Assembly: GCA_037447605.1 (NCBI GenBank)
Contig: CM074807.1
Location: 3,918,829 to 3,982,828, forward strand
Origin: Zygnema circumcarinatum SAG 698-1b
Lineage: Eukaryota; Plantae; Zygnematophyceae
Length of the DNA: 64,000 nucleotides
Reading direction: 5' to 3'
Below are positions 57,104 through 64,000 of this stretch, piece by piece; position 1 is the stretch's first letter; each line of letters begins with the position of its first letter. A program made the translations under genes and the position numbers. The notes beneath the pieces are model-generated. The model saw only the letters and a list, made by a program, of their open reading frames with translations, did no database searches and was not told the DNA's origin.

Positions 57104-58039
57104 ATGTCCATGTCCTCGCCCTCGCCCGCTATGGCTGCTCCAGAGGTCCCTCCCCCTCCTCCTCCGCCCGCAGCTCCGCGCCACCCATCCGCCTTCCATC
57201 GCTTCATTCACAGCGGTTCCAGATGGTGAGGTGCCTCTCCTTTAGCTCCGCCGCCGGCAGCCATGGCCTTAACATCACTGTAATAGCAAGGGTTCAAGCA
57301 GCACTCTCTCTCTCCCCTTACTCCGCCTCGTCCCTCACTTTCTCTTCCCTCGTCTTCTCGCCTGAATCCTCTCTCTCCTCACGCACTCCTTTCCTTCTTT
57401 CGCCCATTTTTCTCTTTCCCTTTCTCTCCTCCCGGCCCACTGTCTCACCGCTCCCTCATCTCTCTCATCTCCTCCCTCCTTTCTCCCTCTTCGCCTGTGC
57501 CGTCTCTCTCTGTTTCCTGATCTCCTGCATCTGTCCCTCTCCCCTCCCGCTCCCTCCCCTTCCTCTCCGTGTCTCCTCCCTCGCTTTTCTCACTTTTGTC
57601 CTTTCTGTCCCTGCCCTCTCCTTCCACGCCTCTTCCTCGCGCTTCCCTCTCTCTCGCTGCAATTTTCCTTTTTTTTAATATATAAATGCTGAAGTGGTTG
57701 CTGCTTCCTTGGAGGTAGGCATGTTCTCGGAGGGCTTGCTGTTATCGGTGCTGTCTCGTACATTCCTTGGTATTACGCGACAGCAGGTACACCACGCATC
57801 CCTGACTCTAATTTTATCTCAATCTTTGGTGAAAGTCCCAACCTCCAACTGCTTTGCATTACTTTTCATATCAATGCCGAAAAGGCAAAAGGCATGCGCT
57901 TATGAAAAACGAATGCTATGCTCTGCGGTAAAGGTGCTTCTGAATGGTATTGACCTTTGCAGGTAAGCAGCAGTCGTCCCATGAAGAGTACATGGAACAA
58001 GCTGAGAAAGCTCGCAAGTCGCGGCTGTCATCTATCTAG
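57104..58039 (+). CDS. 88-aa single-pass membrane microprotein
   Basis: Exons 57104-57225, 57719-57786, 57963-58039 join in phase to ..HSGSRWHVLGGLAVIGAVSYIPWYYATAGKQQSSHEEYMEQAEKARKSRLSSI*; resembles a small plant family from recall (not searched). Confidence 0.7.
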
Positions 58040-59270
58040 AGACACCGTCTAAAAAGCTTCTTCTTCATCGCTACTTGGAAGTGAGTGGAGGAAATTTAAA
58101 CTTCAAAAGGGGTGTCCAGTTAATAACTGTACCGAATTCGCCCACAAAATTTTCAAAAGGCCTTCATGGCTTCTTTGAAATGAACGAGTAAGCTTGACTT
58201 CTGCTGAAACTGAATGACATGCCCCTCTCTCTCCCCTCTCTCTCCCCTCTCTCTCCCCTCTCTCTGACAGAATCACAGTTGTTAGGAAAGATAAGAATTA
58301 TTTTTTGGAGGACATGCTTACTCTCGTTTCAATTGGAAAGAGCTTTGGCTGCTTGAAGCTCAAGCAAGAATGCCTTTCAATAGGAGTTTTTTCATATGAT
58401 GTTGGCCCATGTCACTCCAAGTAACAATGTCTAGACACCGTGAAAGGACGAATGTTGAACAATGTTGTACCAAGCGACAAGTGGGCGTTAGCCAGTCATG
58501 TAGTGCACCATTTGTTGGGGAATGCCTTGCAAAATGGCTCCACCATTGTTCCATGTTGTGCTAAGTACAAACATTTGTTCGATCTCAAGTTGGTTCATAC
58601 TCATGCCAAATGTTACCACATTGCCCAAAAGATAGAGGGGCTGGGCTTGTTGGCTTGTTGCACCAATGTCTCCCATATTTGTTCTGTCGATGTTGCAACC
58701 TGTTTTCCTGACAAATTGCAAAATTAACTGTGAAAAAAAAAAAACAAAAAGGAAACCCTAAAGTAAGAAATTACAGATCTGTACCCTCTCCTCAGGCAGC
58801 AGTCCTAAAGCCACCTCTCACAACAACATCCCCACAACGACAACAACAACAACAATGCGATGGGACACAAAGCATGTGCCCGTTAACAGCCGTTCAAGTG
58901 ACGGGACTTGCAACGAGCGTCGCTGATTGGTCCACGGGGGGTTTCCGTACCGTCTGGGGTGTGCGCGAACCGTTTCCCTTTGGACAGGTACACACCCTTA
59001 AGATACGACCCGTTACACCGACCATATTGCGATATTAATATCGAAATGTCAATATCGAATTCTGGAAAGGGATGGACGATACGATACAGCAAGTCCGTCC
59101 CATTCTGTGCTCCTTCCGTCTCCCCCTCCTTCCCTCTCCCTTCCTCTTCCTCTCTCCCTCCGACTCTCCCTCCGATTCTCCCTCCCTCCCTCCCTCTCTC
59201 TTTCCCTCTCCTCTCTCTCTCTCGTACCCATGCTGCGAGGGAGAGCGAGGCCAGGTGTCCTGCCATAGCC

Positions 59271-60835
59271 ATGGCGGAGGAGAGCTACTTCGGCGAGTCG
59301 TGCTACTTCCATCGGGACCTGCGCGTAGGCTGCTATGGCGGTGATGTCAGCTGTCTGCAGCACTTCTTACAGCATGAGGTCAGTTGTTCGCCCTTAATAC
59401 CACACGAATCAGAACATTTGAAAATTCAACTTTCGTTGTTTTGGGAGAAATTGGAAGACGTTTCATCATTTTAGATGTATGGAAGTCGTTTGCCCTAATT
59501 TTTATTTTAATTCTGTTGGGTTCCGTGCTGCAGGGATTTCTTCGGGAGGAGGCGTCCGGATACTTTGGATCAGCGACGCAAGATGCAGTCACTAGGTGGC
59601 AGGTGCTTTTTTTGTGTAATTTTTTTGGGTTCTGGTGCTTGGGTTTACCTTTGTTTAGGTCGTTCCTTACACTGTGGTGCCCTGAAACCCTAATTTTCGC
59701 AATGTAGCAGTTGGGCTACTCTCCATATGATGATGAGACTGGCCGCTTTTCACATTCTGGAAATTAGGGTTCCTTATTTTATTCAATTTTGCGCTGTTGG
59801 GGGTTCAGGCCGTCAACAATTTACTTCCTGCTCGCGGGGTTTTGGGGTATTCTTCGAGAGTTGCTTATGCGAAGCGTCACGGACTTCCGACTGCGGAGCA
59901 GCTGAGGGCGATGGAGCACAATTCTGAGGTGCTTTTATTTTTCCTCATTTTGCGAATTTCAGTTACAGTTCCTGTTACAGTTGCAGTTTACAGTTCTCCT
60001 CTCTTATACTTCTCGTAATCGGTGACAGAAACAAAAGGATAGGGGGAAAGGGGAGTCAAGATTTTTATCATGATTCGTAGAGCAGATGCATGATAGAAAA
60101 CTACTGTGAGTATTATGCAGCTCCTGCTTCAACTGAAGGCATCATGTTGGATTAGGGTTGAAGAAAGGTCAAAAGTGACGTTGATAGAAGAGGAGTTTCG
60201 TCTGATATCTGCACTTTGGCGGGTAATGAGGGCTGCAGGGCCACGCCCTGAAATGCATAGATGTAGAATGCAGCACTCGGATTGGCTCGAATTTCTGCAC
60301 TGCATCAGCCAGCCGCTGCCTGAAGTGCGTTCCGTCGCTTTGATAACCCTAGTTACCGTTCCATGTAGCATAGAACCAGAAGTCAATAGAGCCATTGGTC
60401 AATAGAACCTAGAAGAACAAAGTCACATGAGGCTAGTGCCCCCCTAAGATGGAAGACTGCACGAGAGAGACATGTGGGGGGGAGGGGGGAAAAGGACAGC
60501 ACTTAGATAGTTCTACCTGAAGAGAGTTCGTATGCAAACCTTGAACGAGCTTGAAATGTTCACACCGGAACCGCATGTTGTGAATGGAACTTTTCAAGCT
60601 TGAACTGTTCACTGTGTGAACTGTTCGAGCTCGAAGCGCCCTCACTATGATAGGAAGGGTTAAAGCCGCGGGGGTTGAGGGGCGGGCTCATGGCAGGTTG
60701 GTCCCAAGAAAGGAACGTTTGAGTACTGCGCACAGCTAGAGGGGGCGGAGGTCTGCGAGGCCAAGAGAGTGGCGTGCGTATTCGTGACAACTTGCTCAGT
60801 TTTTGCCTTTTCAGTTGTAGTAAAAATTGACAAGT

Positions 60836-60866
<31 letters not shown>

Positions 60867-61506
60867 GGGAGAGGGAAGGACAGCAGCAAACATCGCAAGT
60901 AGGAGGAGGTCTCTGGGGGTAGCAAATATGGCAAAAGCATGAAACAACTTGGAGCAGTTTTGTTTTAACATTGTTAGCTGTCATAGGAATCGTGCACGGC
61001 TTGGTTTGCTTTACCATGTTCTGTTATGATCCCTTTGCGATCCCTTTGCTTCACCTTAAGGCTATTTTGGATTTCAATTTTGAAAGAGGTCTACAGCTTG
61101 TCAATGAAATTTGCCGTTTTCTGTTTGGCTCGTTTTTGGGTGTTCAGAATTGACGCACCCTATAACGACAGAATGCATCTTTGCCAGGAAGCGTGCCAGA
61201 TAGCCACTAGTGAGGCCTGTGATAAGGTATGGCCTCTTTACTCCCTTTTTAACTTCTCTCGTTTCCTTGTGTTTAAACGTGAAATTTTTTCAAGACATAC
61301 TCGATATACTTAAGTCAGAGACTGTTTTGATGCTTTGATCCAACTTGAAGCTTCTTTCACTCGAAGAGCTCCATTACATGTGCGTGGGTTTTCTTTTCTT
61401 TTTTGGCTTTCAGGCGTTTCCATTCAACCAGTCAACGTTGTTCAAACGCTGTCTGAACCTCGTTACCAAAAACTGCAAAAAAAGTTGTCAAGAGACCATC
61501 AAGTGA
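59271..61506 (+). CDS. Peptidoglycan-binding-domain (PG_binding_1-like) protein with a 10-Cys C-terminal domain, 184 aa
   Basis: Exons 59271-59378, 59534-59602, 59809-59928, 60239-60324, 61148-61226, 61414-61506 are all GT-AG and in phase; LRVGCYGGDVSCLQHFL..GYFGSATQDAVTRWQ fits the PG-binding helix bundle. Confidence 0.8.
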
Positions 61507-61672
61507 TGAGGGAGGAAGGGAAGGAGACGGAGGGCGAGGGCAAAAACGAGGGCAACTTTTGGGAAATAAATGGCAGTTAGCTTTTTGGGGTATGGCTCTT
61601 GGTCAGTTTAGCCTTGTTATCTCAGAAGAAAAAAAGAGAGGTTCTTTTATGCTTTAGGTGATGCTCAAACAC

Positions 61673-61697
61673 TTTAGGGTTAGGGTTAGGGTTAGGG
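61673..61697. repeat. Interstitial telomere-like repeat TTTAGGG(TTAGGG)3
   Basis: Read directly from the sequence. Confidence 0.9.
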
Positions 61698-62027
61698 TTT
61701 GGAGAGCGCTAACGTTAGGGCATCACTTGCAGCCACTATGGCAGGAAGTTTAGTTTCTTACATTGACATTGGCTTCACATGACCGTTTAAGTTCTGTATG
61801 CTTAGCGCCGATGCAACAGCACCGATGCAACTGAAGCAGTTCAATTTATGTAAAATCTGAAAGGCAATAGCAGGTACAATCTCTGCTTTCTGCTTTTCTC
61901 TTTGACTTCTGCAGTGATGAGCCAAAGCAAGGACTTGAGACTGAGCTTGACTTTTCTCCATCTTCACTCCCGTCTCCCTCTCTCTTCCTCTCCCTCTGCA
62001 GTTTGCCCTCTGCACTGCTCATACATT

Positions 62028-62570
62028 TCACAAAAAATCGAAAATGTGACTTTCTTTTGCTCTTTCTTTTCCCTTTTCAGCCAACTCTTCTGTCTCCAGC
62101 CTCTTCAGCAAAGAGGAAAGCTCCTTCACCTTTTGCGTCGCTGCCTTCATCCTTTTTGCCAAAAGCGCTGCCCCTTCAAAGCAAGCCTCTCCCTCGCCAG
62201 AAGCTTCCAAACATTTCCTTCCCTGACACCTGCTTTGTTCTGGAACTACAACCGTCACTTCATTCTTGACAGAAGCATTTGACATCGGAACTTCATTAGC
62301 TGAAGGTAATTTTATTCTTCTGCAGTTCACTGACGCCTGCTTCCTCGTCTTTCTCCCTTCCGAAGGACAAATGTGACGAACTGCCAGTTTCTCCCTCCAA
62401 CCCCTTGGAACTGGAGCCCCCATCACATCCAAGACGAAGAGAAATTCATTGAAGCCGCGGGGCCTCCCTTTGCATGCAACAATCCCTCGGCTTTCTCTCC
62501 ACTTCTGAAGCTCCTTCACTGCATTCGGATACTGCACCTTGATATGCGCATGCATCTTGTGAGGCTGCAA
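62028..62570 (-). other. Possible exon of an uncharacterised gene (coiled-coil C-terminal part); 5' exons may lie at 63050-63400
   Basis: Open frame of about 180 aa after a ttgcag acceptor, with LAKRMKAATQKVKELSSLLKRLETEELAEK; CT-rich leader at 63490-63760. No consistent full model. Confidence 0.3.
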
Positions 62571-64000
62571 CCGCCAGAAGTGGAAATGGAATAAACACAA
62601 TCATGAAGGACCCAGAAATCGTTGTATGCATGCTATGCTATGCAAACCCTAAAACAGTCAATAGCCTTCGGAGCTCGGACACTTGCAGAAACCTAAACGA
62701 ACAGGTGAAACCACTCCACGGACTCGTAAGAAAAAAAAAGGGGATTGTAAGTTCGGTTTCCAATGCAGATTTTTTTGAGTATGCAAAGGAAGAAATGCAA
62801 GTTATGTTTCCAAATGCAACCGTTTTCAATTTAAAATGTTGCTAGCTCTATAGAGCGCACAGCAAAGCACCGCAGCCATGGTGAGAGGCGCTTTTGGAGA
62901 TATTATTTGGAGACGAACAGGCCCGAGCGCTTTCTCCATAGCCTGCAGCCATTGAATCCCTCCGGCCTTCCTGTTGGCTGCAATCGCAGCTCTCACAGGG
63001 CTGTCCTGCCACTTCACAGAGACGGCTCGCTGCATGCCTGCTGGCTAGACCTAATTTATCTTCTTTATGTTTGAGGTTGTGCTTGCAAGATTGTGAAATG
63101 GCATCTTCTCTGCCAACTCTGGAACACTGCTTTTAGCAAACCAGTTAAAAACTGCGCCCTCCCCCTTTCCCTCTCCCTCGGCAGCTGCTTCTGTTGGACG
63201 GTCCGAACCTCCCGCCGCCACCTGGCTATGGCGGCCTCTCCCCGCCCTCGGCGCAAGCATAGCGCTTGCCACGCATTGCATGCAAAGTGAGCTGCGCTGC
63301 AATCCGGGGCCCTCTCCTGCAAGCAGCTGCATCCCCGCCGCGTGGCAAACACTTCCCTCCCAAAGCGCTCGTCTTCGAGACGGTTCGCAGGCCATCACAG
63401 GGCAGGGCATGCAATCGCATTGGTAGGGACTCTTTGTCTGTTGACGGCTGGACCTTGCTCGTGTGTGTGTGAGAGAGAGCGAGGGAGAGGGACACAGGGA
63501 GAGGGAGTGGGAGAGGGAGAGGAAGAGGACTAGAGACAGGGAGAGAGGGAGGGAGAGGGAGAGGGAGAGAGGGGAAGAGGGACAGAGGGAGAGAGCGGGA
63601 GAGGGAGAGAGGGAGAGGACGAGGGACAGAGAGGGAGAGGGAGAGTGAGGAAGAGGGAGAGGGACAGGGAGAGGGAGAGAGTGCAGGAGATGGAGAGGGA
63701 GAGGGAGAGAGTGGGGGAGGTGGAGAGGGAGAGGGACAGTCAGAGGTGGAGCGGGTGAGTCAAACATTCAGGATGATGGTTTTGGTTTCATATCTGGAGA
63801 CAGGCTTGCCTATTGTCTTTGTTGCAAGCTTTGGAAAAAAGTGGACAGCATATTGATCAGGTTGATACTTATATTGTCCTTTCGATTTGTGATCGTTCAG
63901 AGTACGCTTTCTGAATGCTTCACTTACTGAATGCCAAGAAAGGTGTAAGCAGTAAACAGTAGTAAAAATTTGCATTTGTCGAGAGGAGATTCTAGACTGA

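Noticed and set aside
57041-57229. Conserved-peptide uORF ending HSGSRW
   Set aside because: Better explained as exon 1 of the 88-aa spliced microprotein.
60560-60940. 126-aa minus-strand ORF inside intron 4 of the PG-binding gene
   Set aside because: Starts in a CT microsatellite, no recognisable motif, no supporting exons.

Overview
Eukaryotic, intron-rich nuclear DNA from the green plant lineage. A streptophyte alga is the best fit (inference): plant-type DUF630/632, PPR, ELIP, TIM21 and GnT-I genes sit alongside the betaine-lipid synthase BTA1, an intact U12 AT-AC intron and a type-1 rhodopsin. Most ORF-track entries are shadows of GA/CT or GC-rich low-complexity DNA, so the real genes were assembled by hand from exons. 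Left to right: GLDH (-, runs off the window), DUF630/632 protein (+), PPR protein (+), GnT-I (-), an orphan acidic membrane protein (-), an LTR-remnant island, an F-box protein (-), a spliced bacteriorhodopsin-like DTD proton-pump rhodopsin (-), a palindromic repeat array, a tandem CCCH zinc-finger protein (-), TIM21 (+), ELIP (-) divergent from BTA1 (+), an 88-aa microprotein (+), a peptidoglycan-binding/10-Cys protein (+) and a weak orphan ORF (-). The best lead is the host-integrated proton-pump rhodopsin, whose upstream region shares G-box palindromes and GTAC clusters with the ELIP/BTA1 promoter. No database searches were possible; family calls rest on recognised motifs and manual splice reconstruction.
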